Part shown: positions 19,085-27,923 of the stretch, piece by piece | Layout of the letters: each line of letters begins with the position of its first letter | Position numbering within the stretch: position 1 is the stretch's first letter | Origin: Eubacterium sp. | GTDB lineage: Bacteria; Bacillota; Clostridia; Lachnospirales; Lachnospiraceae | Assembly (NCBI GenBank): GCA_017480495.1 | Contig: JAFVAQ010000035.1 | Span: 29,845 to 93,844, forward strand | Length of the DNA: 64,000 bases | Direction: 5' to 3' | The notes under the pieces: generated by a model | Told to the model about the DNA's origin: nothing | What the model saw: the letters and a program-made list of their open reading frames with translations, nothing else | Database searches by the model: none | Position numbers and translations under genes: made by a program

Positions 19085-19639
19085 TTACAGATTATAACTA
19101 TATTCCTTTAATTCACAGTTCTTTATACCAAAATCACCATATTCCTCATTAGTCATATCATAGAAATACGAGTTAACACACCTCACAATCCCATTATGCG
19201 CCACTAAAAGATAAATCTTATCATCCTGCGCCAGTTCATCTAAAAGATTATAAATACGCTGAGCCAGTCGAAGCATGGACTCCCCACCTTCGTAAGAATT
19301 CACAAAATTCCTCTTATCTTGTTTAAAGACCTCACCATTTCTAGGAGTCCCTTCATACTTCCCAAAATTCTGTTCTCTCAGCCTCTCATCAGCCCTAAGA
19401 GGAAGCCCAGTCATATCCGCGATATGCTTTGCAGTGTCAAATGCCCTCGAAAGCGGTGACGCTATAATCTCATCAATATGAATCTCTCCAGAATCCAGTC
19501 TCCCCTTTATAAGCTCACCAGTTTCCCTGGCCTGCTCATGACCTCTATCAGTAAGCCCAATATCCGTAGCACCACATATTTTATTATCGACATTCCAAAA
19601 TGTCTCACCATGTCTTACAAAGTAAATCTTTTTAGTCAT
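19085..19639 (-). CDS. Histidine phosphatase (PGM-like) family protein
   Basis: RHGET, SPLSRA, VAHNG. Confidence 0.9.
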   Translation of the reverse strand: MTKKIYFVRHGETFWNVDNKICGATDIGLTDRGHEQARETGELIKGRLDSGEIHIDEIIASPLSRAFDTAKHIADMTGLPLRADERLREQNFGKYEGTPRNGEVFKQDKRNFVNSYEGGESMLRLAQRIYNLLDELAQDDKIYLLVAHNGIVRCVNSYFYDMTNEEYGDFGIKNCELKEYSYNL

Positions 19640-19671
19640 TACGAAAAACTCCTATCCCGGCACGCATCACG

Positions 19672-20568
19672 CTACTTACTTCCTAAGTAATCTTTAATCT
19701 TATCTATATTCTGATTTGCATCATTGTAGCCAAGCCAGTAAAGATCACCGAGTTTTTCCATATCACCTTCAAATCTTGTAACTTCTACCGGCTTAGAAGG
19801 AGCAATAACAAAAACCTTACCCTCATTATGCAGTTCAAATAAAGAATCGGTCATCTTATTAAAATCATCATTCGCTTTATTAATGCTATTCACAAACTCA
19901 GGATATCTACGATACATTGTCATAGCAACCTTATTAGGCGCTGTATCTCTTCTAAAAGACCACTCTCTTGTCTTAACAACTATTATCTTCTCAGCACTTT
20001 CTTTAAGAGCATATGGATATGGAATCTTAGTGGAACATCCGCCATCAAGATAGGGAACACCTTTAATTACAACTGGACGTGACACATAAGGGACTGTTGC
20101 TGATGCTCTAACTGCTGCCGACAGATTACATTTACCCTTTTCCATATATTCAGTTTCACCAGTAATCATGTTCGTAACGCCTACTGCAAGCTTTCTAGAA
20201 GGATCCATAAGCCTTTTCTTATCCAGTGGCATTCCATCAACTATATCATTATAAAGATAAGAAAATCCTGTAACTCCGTGATCCTTTAATACTGCACCAA
20301 GTCCCACATATTCCTTATCATGTCTGTAAGTCAGGTCTATCCTTGCGCCCCAGCCAATCTGCCCTGATACATAGCCTATAGCAGAAAGCGCTCCGGCAGA
20401 TATACCGACAGTACTTCTCATGTTTATTCCATTTTCCATTAATGCATCAAGCACTCCAAGTGTATAAAGACCTTTCCATCCACCACCTTCAAGTACCATG
20501 CATCCTTCAGTAATAATATCGTTTGCTCTTCCAGTTGGAATTCTATCTATACCACTATATACTTTCAT
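19672..20568 (-). CDS. Patatin-like phospholipase
   Basis: EGGG, GISAG, LDGG. Confidence 0.9.
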   Translation of the reverse strand: MKVYSGIDRIPTGRANDIITEGCMVLEGGGWKGLYTLGVLDALMENGINMRSTVGISAGALSAIGYVSGQIGWGARIDLTYRHDKEYVGLGAVLKDHGVTGFSYLYNDIVDGMPLDKKRLMDPSRKLAVGVTNMITGETEYMEKGKCNLSAAVRASATVPYVSRPVVIKGVPYLDGGCSTKIPYPYALKESAEKIIVVKTREWSFRRDTAPNKVAMTMYRRYPEFVNSINKANDDFNKMTDSLFELHNEGKVFVIAPSKPVEVTRFEGDMEKLGDLYWLGYNDANQNIDKIKDYLGSK

Positions 20569-20589
20569 ATCTCATCATCGCTCCATTTA

Positions 20590-21630
20590 TTAGTTGTTTT
20601 CAAGAACCATCCCTTCTGTTGACTCGACAAAACCAAGTCTTTCATATAATGGACGTCCTTCCTCTGTTGCATCCAGACTGATTTCCGTGGCTCCTCTTTT
20701 CCAAGCCTCGTCTATCAGCATCGATACCATTTTCCTCGCGATGCCCTGTCTCTGCCATTCTTTCATGGTATATACATTCATGAGATGAGCACGCTTTCCG
20801 GTCGGATGATCAAAGGTAGGCATTATATACATGTAGCAGATCGATGCACAACCTATAACTCTTTTTCCGTCCATAGCAAGAACCGTTGTATGATCCCCAT
20901 TTTCAAAATATTCTCTGCTGCTCTTTACTATCTCATCACTATATTCATATGTATAATCCAGGTCATTTACCACCTTAAGCATTTCAAGACGACTGCTCAT
21001 CAAGAGTTCCATGTCATCGGGTGAAGCAATCTTATATTCAACACTGTAGGTTAACTGGTCCGGCAAATGATGAAGGTACATATCTATCGCATCCGTACTT
21101 TCTTCCAGGACCTTCATCAGTCCATAATCCGGATAGGAATGATTGTCATGATAGTCTATCTCGCCTTCAGATTTTATTTCAAAAGCAAGCACCTCTTCAT
21201 CTGTTGAAAACTCAGCATTTACGCCTTCCTTATTACCTCTTGCATCAAGTCTGATCCACCTACCTAAACTACTCACATAAACCGTATTCATAGCATGAAT
21301 GCAATATCCTGTATCAGGCGTATCGCCGAGAGTCAGTCGCTGATAACTGAAACCTGCTGGAATACCGTTTGCTCTAAGAAGCGCCGCAAGAAGATTCGCC
21401 TTCGCCCAGCAGATTCCAACACTTTCTTTGAGTGTATCACTCGCAGATACGGTAACTCGTCTGTCCTGAGCATCCCAGGAATGCTTTATCTCATCTCTTA
21501 CATAATAATATGTATTTCTAATAAGTGATAATTCATCCTGTGACTCAACCTTTAGTTTTTTAGCCAGGCTTTTAACAGCTGGGTCATCGTAATCCACATA
21601 TTCTGTTTTTTCTAAAAATTCGTTATACAT
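20590..21630 (-). CDS. Transglutaminase-like domain fused to GNAT acetyltransferase
   Basis: GICWAKA...HAMN...LDARGN triad; NVYT...QRQGIA...LYERLGF. Confidence 0.85.
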   Translation of the reverse strand: MYNEFLEKTEYVDYDDPAVKSLAKKLKVESQDELSLIRNTYYYVRDEIKHSWDAQDRRVTVSASDTLKESVGICWAKANLLAALLRANGIPAGFSYQRLTLGDTPDTGYCIHAMNTVYVSSLGRWIRLDARGNKEGVNAEFSTDEEVLAFEIKSEGEIDYHDNHSYPDYGLMKVLEESTDAIDMYLHHLPDQLTYSVEYKIASPDDMELLMSSRLEMLKVVNDLDYTYEYSDEIVKSSREYFENGDHTTVLAMDGKRVIGCASICYMYIMPTFDHPTGKRAHLMNVYTMKEWQRQGIARKMVSMLIDEAWKRGATEISLDATEEGRPLYERLGFVESTEGMVLENN

Positions 21631-21636
21631 GATTTC

Positions 21637-21780
21637 TTACCCATTAGTTTCCAGATTTACATCAATATATCCATCCACTTTTTTTCTACGTAAAATTACC
21701 ACCGTCTCCACTGTTGTCCGACTGAACAACCGAATTGCCATCTCAGGAACCATTTCCATCTGTTTATCAAAACTATCCAT
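21637..21780 (-). pseudogene. Chimeric 47-codon remnant: RhuM-like start joined to an rlmD-like 3' end
   Basis: MDSFDKQMEMV matches MRDFDKQMEMV of 18046-19059; TVETVVILRRKKVDGYIDV resembles RlmD/RumA C-termini; GGAGGA RBS. Confidence 0.65.
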
Positions 21781-21843
21781 AAACTATTCCTCCGTTTTTA
21801 CAATTCTTAAGTCTGAATATATTGGCCTTTTGACTACATAACT

Positions 21844-22929
21844 TCAAGACTCTCCATCTTCTTTAGAGCCTCCATATAAGCCATAAGCCTCTTTTGTTGT
21901 TCTTGCTCTTTTTCTCTTCTTCACTTCTTTTTCCAGACCTTTAACACTTTTAAGATACTCTTCTTCCACCGGAGATAACGTAATCTCCTGATACTTTCGA
22001 TATTCCGTCCTCGCCTTCTTTATAGCCTCATCATGACTTACTTTGCCAGAATCTTCAAGGAGCTTCCTGTTCCCAGATGTAAGAATAGAATCCAACTGTT
22101 CAACATAATCAATCATATACATTGGCTTATGTTCAATGGCATTAATCTCCGCCAAATCAAAATAACCGGAAACAAGGTTATTCAGAATCTTTAGTTCATC
22201 CTCTTTCAGATAATTCTTTGCCACCCCGATATCCTTCAATGCCGGAAGCTCTCCTGAAAAGGAAGTTAATCCCATAAAAGGCTTATTAGCATCTGCTCTT
22301 TCATAAATTACTTCTGCCGCAGTATGACCGTGTGCCGCGTAATGAAGCTTGTTCTGAACAATCTTAAAAAACTGTATAGACTCATCACTCTTCGGATTAT
22401 AATCGACGCTGGTTGCATACAAATCCAGAACCTGACGATAAAGGACCTTTTCTGATGAACGGATATCTCGAATCCTATCAAGAAGTTCTTTCCAGTAATT
22501 ACCACCGCCATTTCCTTTTAGACGCTCATCATCAATTGTAAATCCCTTGATTATATATTCTTTCAAACGTTGCGTTGCCCACTTACGGAAATGCGTCGCT
22601 GTTGAAGATTTAACTCGATAACCCAAAGAAATTATCATATCAAGGTTATAAAATGGGAGTTCTCTTGTGACCTGTCTGCTTCCTTCCATCCGAACCTGTC
22701 GGAATTTCCGACAGGTTGAATTTTCATCTAATTCACCCTCTTCGTAGATATTCTTAATATGATCAACTACGTTTGTTCTGGATGTTTGAAACAACTCTGC
22801 CATCTGTTGCTGCGTCAGCCATACAGTTTCATCCACCATTCTGACATCCAGCTTAGTCAATCCGTCCTCTGTCTGGTATATAATGATTTCTCCATAGTTA
22901 TCCATAATGTTTTGCTCCTTGGTTTTCAT
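21844..22929 (-). CDS. RhuM family protein (second paralog)
   Basis: WLTQQQMAELF, YNLDMIISLGYRV, IRSSEK, QNKLHYA. Confidence 0.9.
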   Translation of the reverse strand: MKTKEQNIMDNYGEIIIYQTEDGLTKLDVRMVDETVWLTQQQMAELFQTSRTNVVDHIKNIYEEGELDENSTCRKFRQVRMEGSRQVTRELPFYNLDMIISLGYRVKSSTATHFRKWATQRLKEYIIKGFTIDDERLKGNGGGNYWKELLDRIRDIRSSEKVLYRQVLDLYATSVDYNPKSDESIQFFKIVQNKLHYAAHGHTAAEVIYERADANKPFMGLTSFSGELPALKDIGVAKNYLKEDELKILNNLVSGYFDLAEINAIEHKPMYMIDYVEQLDSILTSGNRKLLEDSGKVSHDEAIKKARTEYRKYQEITLSPVEEEYLKSVKGLEKEVKKRKRARTTKEAYGLYGGSKEDGES

Positions 22930-22941
22930 TCAAAAAATATT

Positions 22942-23304
22942 CTACATTTCTTCAAGGCTTTCTATCTTCTTCAGTGCTTCCATATAAGCCATAAGACGCT
23001 TCTGCTGTTCTTCCTTAAGGTTATGATAATCCTCAATCATCTGAACATCACCCGGAGTGAATTTGCTTTCAGGACTTGCAGCTGCAATTTCCTCCTCATC
23101 CTCAATTCCTTTTCCGGTAAGAAGCTGCTCCGGTGTAATCTGTAAAACATTACAGATATCCATTATCTTATCAACAGAAGGATTGGTCTTTCTCTTTTTC
23201 CATTCGCTTATAGTACTGGTAGAAATCCCCACCTGCTTTGCAAACTCCGCCTGTGTCATATTGCGTTCTTTCAAAACCTTTATAATTCTTTCACTGATAA
23301 TCAT
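22942..23304 (-). CDS. XRE family HTH regulator
   Basis: MTQAEFAKQVGISTSTISEWKKRKTNPS. Confidence 0.9.
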   Translation of the reverse strand: MIISERIIKVLKERNMTQAEFAKQVGISTSTISEWKKRKTNPSVDKIMDICNVLQITPEQLLTGKGIEDEEEIAAASPESKFTPGDVQMIEDYHNLKEEQQKRLMAYMEALKKIESLEEM

Positions 23305-23415
23305 GTATGATACCCCGCTTTATTATTCACTTATATAACATTCATATTAGTGAATCCATTATATCACACCTCATGCTATCCTTCAATGTTTTACTTCATA
23401 TTTTTATTACGGAAT

Positions 23416-23640
23416 TTCATATACGCCTTTTATGTATCCTGTACCGTTAGTGTTGCAACTAACCTTTCTGATAGCTACAGCTTCCTCCTCGTTGATTTCA
23501 AGTTTTCCATACATTACAAATATCCATAATCTATTCTACAGTAGGATTGGTCTTTCTCTTTTTTCCATTCACTTATGGTACTGGTAGAAACTCCCACCTG
23601 CTTTGCAAACTCCTTATCTCCAGCATACTAATTTTCATTT
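23416..23640 (-). pseudogene. Degraded copy of the adjacent XRE gene
   Basis: EFAKQVGVSTSTISEW then an extra base in an A-run, NPTVE*IMDICNV; near-identical DNA to about 23150-23248; ends approximate. Confidence 0.8.
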
Positions 23641-23731
23641 TCTCTCATTTCACTTTTCGACTACCTCCATGTTTTGATTTTGAACAAAAATACTGTCTAC
23701 AGATACATCGACTTAGTGATTTTGACACAAG

Positions 23732-23788
23732 AAAAGACCGCCTATCAAAATAGTTCCTTTTACAAGACTATTTCTAACAAGCGGTCTT
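23732..23788 (-). terminator. Hairpin/terminator after rlmD
   Basis: AAGACCGC...GCGGTCTT arms with T-tract on minus strand. Confidence 0.55.
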
Positions 23789-23812
23789 AAAACCCTTATA
23801 ATCAGATGATTT

Positions 23813-25555
23813 TTAGTTGTTATTTAGATCTGTTTTCTTCTGGAGCGAAATCACGCATTCTATGTGTTGAGTATTTGGAAACATATCCACACAACAGCCC
23901 TTTACCGGAGCATATCCATTTTCCTGGAATATCTTGATATCACGCGCAAGCGAGGTTGGCTTGCAGCTGATATATACAAGGTTTTCAACTCCGTAGGATA
24001 GTATCTTCTGCAGTGCCTTTGGATTCACTCCATCTCTTGGTGGATCAAGTATTATAAGGTCTGGTTTTTCCTCCAGCTCATCAAGTTTTTTTAACACGTC
24101 ACCAGCAATGAACTTGCAGTTCGAAAGCTTATTCAGCTTCGCATTTTCCTTTGCAGCCTCAACCGCTTCTTCTATTATTTCTATTCCATAAACTTTATCA
24201 GCAACTGGCGCCATCATCTGGGCGATAGTACCAGTACCACTGTAAAGATCATATATAACGCCAACTTTCTTTTCAGGCATATCACATGATGCATCGACAC
24301 CATTCTTTTGAAGCGCCTCAAATGCATAATCGCGTGCCTTGGAATAGAGCACCTCGCTTCCCTTCGTATTTGTCTGGAAGAAGGAAAATGGAGATATCTT
24401 GAACTTGAGACCTAGTACCTCTTCCATCAGATAGTCCTCTCCATATAGAAGTGTAACTGTATCAGGGATTATCGCATCCGCTACGGTATCACATTCCGTA
24501 TAGAGCACTCCAACTATGCGGTTGTAACGTGTAAGTGATTCAAACTCTCCCGAGCCGCCCTTTTCTTCTTCAGAAAGATAAGCATTTCTAAAGATACCAT
24601 TTTTGTCTCTTACAACCTTTTTCTTCTTATTGCCGTACTTTCCATCCTTATATCCGTGAGAACTATAGCCGTCCATTCCAACTGGTGAAGTGTCACCAAG
24701 TGACAGCAGGCCAGCCACGTATTCAGGCAGGCAGAGCTCATCTACGGTCTCACTTCTCTTCTCATTCCAAGGAATGTCCCTTGTATATTCATCAATTGAA
24801 TGGTGTGTTGTCGTTACGAGATTTACAATTATGCCGCCGTCCGTCGCAGATTCACGAATGACAAGATTACGGAGAACTCCTCTGTGGGTCATTTTGTTGT
24901 AATGAGGAACTCCTCTGTCACGGTAGAATTTCTGCGTATATTTGAGTATCTCATTCCACGCAGGACTAACCAATGCGCAAGAATCAATACTGATAATGTC
25001 ATGTGTTGAATTCCTTCTATGAAGTCCAAGCGTCAGTGGACCATCCTTCTCGGCATCGCCAAATGTAAATTCCATTTTGTTGCGGTATCTAAACTGTTCA
25101 GGCGACGATAGCACGCCTTCCCACACGAAGGATGAGGTATCGGCAGTTGCCCCCTCAGTTGTAGCTGCATTTCCATCCTCTGACTCAGACCTAAGTGACG
25201 GAATCACTTCACTAAGCAGTTCCTTAACCATTTGTTCCTTCAACTTCAGCTGGTTGGTGTAAGCAAAGGTCTGATATGTACAACCGCCACAGCTATAGAA
25301 ATGGTCGCACATAGGCTTCTTCGTTTCCTGAGGCGACTTCTTAACCACGTCAAGCAGTATGCCCTCAGCCTTGCCTTCTTTTTTCTTCTTGATACGAACC
25401 TTGACGGTCTGGCCTGGAAGTGCACCCTTGACGGAAACATTTCGTTCTATCTGTCCGCCCTCAGCCTGAGGATTTTCTTCTATATGAAGAAAGCTTCCTC
25501 GATTCGGGAAGCTATACTTTTCTATCTTACCTTCTATTATATCCCCTTTTTTCAC
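23813..25555 (-). CDS. rlmD: 23S rRNA m5U1939 methyltransferase RlmD/RumA
   Basis: TRAM domain, CxHFxxCGGC cluster, SFFQTN, DLYSGTG, LDPPR, YISC, VDMFP. Confidence 0.95.
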   Translation of the reverse strand: MKKGDIIEGKIEKYSFPNRGSFLHIEENPQAEGGQIERNVSVKGALPGQTVKVRIKKKKEGKAEGILLDVVKKSPQETKKPMCDHFYSCGGCTYQTFAYTNQLKLKEQMVKELLSEVIPSLRSESEDGNAATTEGATADTSSFVWEGVLSSPEQFRYRNKMEFTFGDAEKDGPLTLGLHRRNSTHDIISIDSCALVSPAWNEILKYTQKFYRDRGVPHYNKMTHRGVLRNLVIRESATDGGIIVNLVTTTHHSIDEYTRDIPWNEKRSETVDELCLPEYVAGLLSLGDTSPVGMDGYSSHGYKDGKYGNKKKKVVRDKNGIFRNAYLSEEEKGGSGEFESLTRYNRIVGVLYTECDTVADAIIPDTVTLLYGEDYLMEEVLGLKFKISPFSFFQTNTKGSEVLYSKARDYAFEALQKNGVDASCDMPEKKVGVIYDLYSGTGTIAQMMAPVADKVYGIEIIEEAVEAAKENAKLNKLSNCKFIAGDVLKKLDELEEKPDLIILDPPRDGVNPKALQKILSYGVENLVYISCKPTSLARDIKIFQENGYAPVKGCCVDMFPNTQHIECVISLQKKTDLNNN

Positions 25556-25569
25556 TCTTTATCCTCCAA

Positions 25570-26727
25570 TTAAACCTTTCGTTTTTCTTCGTATAATTTC
25601 TTATCAGCCTCTTCGATTATGTCCTTAATATCTCTCGTCTTGTCTGCTTTTGACACACCTATGCAGACCGTAAGTTCATATGGGGCATTTGCCTCATCAT
25701 TAAGATCCTTTAAGAGGACGACAACATTTTCACCGATTTTATGCACCTCACTTACATCGCTCGTCCAGACCATTATAAGGAACTCATCTCCACCGAATCT
25801 GATGCAGCTACTCTTCTTTCTCGATTGCGCGCACGCCATACGCATAGCTTCGGAAATTCTAACAAGCGCCGCGTCGCCTTCGATATGGCCGTAGGTATCA
25901 TTTATCGACTTGAATTTATTGGCATCGATCATCATCAGATACATCGAATCGCTATTATCATTTTCGAGCCATTGCTCGTATCTATATAGGAAATGCTTTC
26001 TGTTGCCAAGCTTTGTCAGTGGATCGACCGCAATAACCTGATCCATAGAATGCATGTATAGAAGCAGGATTGCCAGTGACAGCGTTGCACAAGCAAGCGG
26101 AAGATTTGGGTAAATAAACTGAACAATTCCTGCGATAGCCGGAGCGAGCGGGAATAATGCCAGCTTGATAAGTGTCGGCCTCATCACCTTTTTATTCTTA
26201 TCAAAGATTCCAATTAGCGCTCTGAGGCAGGTCACAAAGACGTAAATGTACGAGATGAAATACTGAACAAGGAAAAGCGGCCCTCTTTGATAGTCGCCAT
26301 TTCCATCTATATAGAACAGGATACCCGTGAAAAAATTCACTATCACAAGTATTCCCATCACCCACACGAGACACGACGCTATTCTTACACGCCTTCTATT
26401 CTCAACAAAAGGCGATCCCTGCATGTGTTCGAAGTACACAAACCAGAAGTAACACATCAGCGTGGTCGACAGGAAGTAGGCACTCTTGGAAACCATATAT
26501 ACTATTTTGTTTCCCTCGAAGATTCCTCTATGCATCATAACGAAGACGGTGTCCGACGCAAAGAAAACGATGGCTGAATAGATGGACATAGCAAAATTTC
26601 TCTGGGCAACCATCTTGGATATGCCCTCCGTTTTATAGAGGATAATGGCAACCAAAATGATTGCCATCAGGTTTATTTCCAGATACATAAATGTATATGT
26701 AGTTGCGTAATCCATGTTTCCTATCAT
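25570..26727 (-). CDS. Membrane-bound diguanylate cyclase
   Basis: About 7 TMs; DPLTKLGNR, FKSINDTYGH, GGDEF. Confidence 0.9.
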   Translation of the reverse strand: MIGNMDYATTYTFMYLEINLMAIILVAIILYKTEGISKMVAQRNFAMSIYSAIVFFASDTVFVMMHRGIFEGNKIVYMVSKSAYFLSTTLMCYFWFVYFEHMQGSPFVENRRRVRIASCLVWVMGILVIVNFFTGILFYIDGNGDYQRGPLFLVQYFISYIYVFVTCLRALIGIFDKNKKVMRPTLIKLALFPLAPAIAGIVQFIYPNLPLACATLSLAILLLYMHSMDQVIAVDPLTKLGNRKHFLYRYEQWLENDNSDSMYLMMIDANKFKSINDTYGHIEGDAALVRISEAMRMACAQSRKKSSCIRFGGDEFLIMVWTSDVSEVHKIGENVVVLLKDLNDEANAPYELTVCIGVSKADKTRDIKDIIEEADKKLYEEKRKV

Positions 26728-26731
26728 ACAT

Positions 26732-27322
26732 CTACCTTATATTCTTATGCTCTACATCATAGTTTCCTTCGTCATCAAACGTCATAACCACGTAGCTTTT
26801 CTTGCTTCCACCTCGTGGCAGGGAAATACTCCCCGGATTGATTATATGTACGCTCTCACCTGCGTCGCCAAAGCCTTCAAATACATCATCGAACGGAACA
26901 TGTGTATGTCCATATAGGGCGATATCACAGTCATTTTCGAGAGCTGTATACATTAGATTTTCGAGTCCGTAACCAACTCCCTGCTTATGTCCGTGCGTGC
27001 AGTAGAACCTGTGACCATTTAGGTCGAACACTGCAGCACCCTTGAGTGAGGTTCCCGCTCCCGAGTCGCCCGTATAATATCTGTCACAGTTTCCCTTTAT
27101 GAATACCGCTGGGATTGGGAGCGACTTAAGCTCTGCCTTATTCTCAGAGTGGAGCGCATTCCAAACCTGCGCAGCCTCATCCAGCCAGCCTCTGACTGTC
27201 TCTGGATCATCCTCGATATCACCGAGATGAATCAGCATATCTGGATGCTCTTTATCAATTGCGGACTTTATATTCTGACTCTTGCCATGAGAGTCACTTA
27301 GTATCAGTAGTTTTCTTATCAT
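26732..27322 (-). CDS. YfcE-family metallophosphoesterase
   Basis: SDSHG, HLGD, KGNCD, THGH, GHTH, NPGS. Confidence 0.9.
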   Translation of the reverse strand: MIRKLLILSDSHGKSQNIKSAIDKEHPDMLIHLGDIEDDPETVRGWLDEAAQVWNALHSENKAELKSLPIPAVFIKGNCDRYYTGDSGAGTSLKGAAVFDLNGHRFYCTHGHKQGVGYGLENLMYTALENDCDIALYGHTHVPFDDVFEGFGDAGESVHIINPGSISLPRGGSKKSYVVMTFDDEGNYDVEHKNIR

Positions 27323-27909
27323 ATGTTTTTTAGGTAGTCGGCGAGGGCACGAAGAGCCTGGCCTCTATGGCTGATGGCATTCTTCTCCTCTGGGCTAATC
27401 TCTGCTGAGGTCTTGCCATATTCTGGAAGATAGAATATTGGGTCATAACCAAATCCATTTTCTCCTGCTATCTCGTAACCGATACGTCCTTCCATATTTC
27501 TAACAAATGTTTTCTCAGTTCCATCAGGGAAAACAGCAGCCATAGCACAAACGAATCTAGCTGTTCTCTTCTCATCCGGAACTCCCTCAAGTCTATCAAT
27601 GATATTCTGATTCTTAATATCATAGGAGGTATCTTCTCCCATGTATCTAGCGGAGTAGATTCCTGGCTCCTTATTCAGAGCATCCACCTCAAGACCTGAA
27701 TCATCGGCGAGCGCCAGATGACCACTTGCCTTACATACTGCTCTTGCCTTGATAAGAGCATTTTCCTCGAAGGTCTTGCCGTCCTCAACTATATCTATAT
27801 CAATACCAGCTTCCTTCATGGAAAGTATCTCCACATCCAGATCAGCAAGTATCTCCTTTATCTCTCTAAGCTTATTCATGTTACCTGTTGCAAAAACTAA
27901 TGTTCTCAT
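27319..27909 (-). CDS. rdgB: XTP/dITP pyrophosphatase
   Basis: ATGNMNK, ADDSGL, GFGYDPIF, SHR. Confidence 0.95.
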   Translation of the reverse strand: MRTLVFATGNMNKLREIKEILADLDVEILSMKEAGIDIDIVEDGKTFEENALIKARAVCKASGHLALADDSGLEVDALNKEPGIYSARYMGEDTSYDIKNQNIIDRLEGVPDEKRTARFVCAMAAVFPDGTEKTFVRNMEGRIGYEIAGENGFGYDPIFYLPEYGKTSAEISPEEKNAISHRGQALRALADYLKNI

Positions 27910-27923
27910 TTTTCCTCTTTCTC

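Noticed and set aside
18046-23812. Intact ICE/IME at rlmD
   Set aside because: No recombinase, relaxase or conjugation genes; only scars and cargo remain
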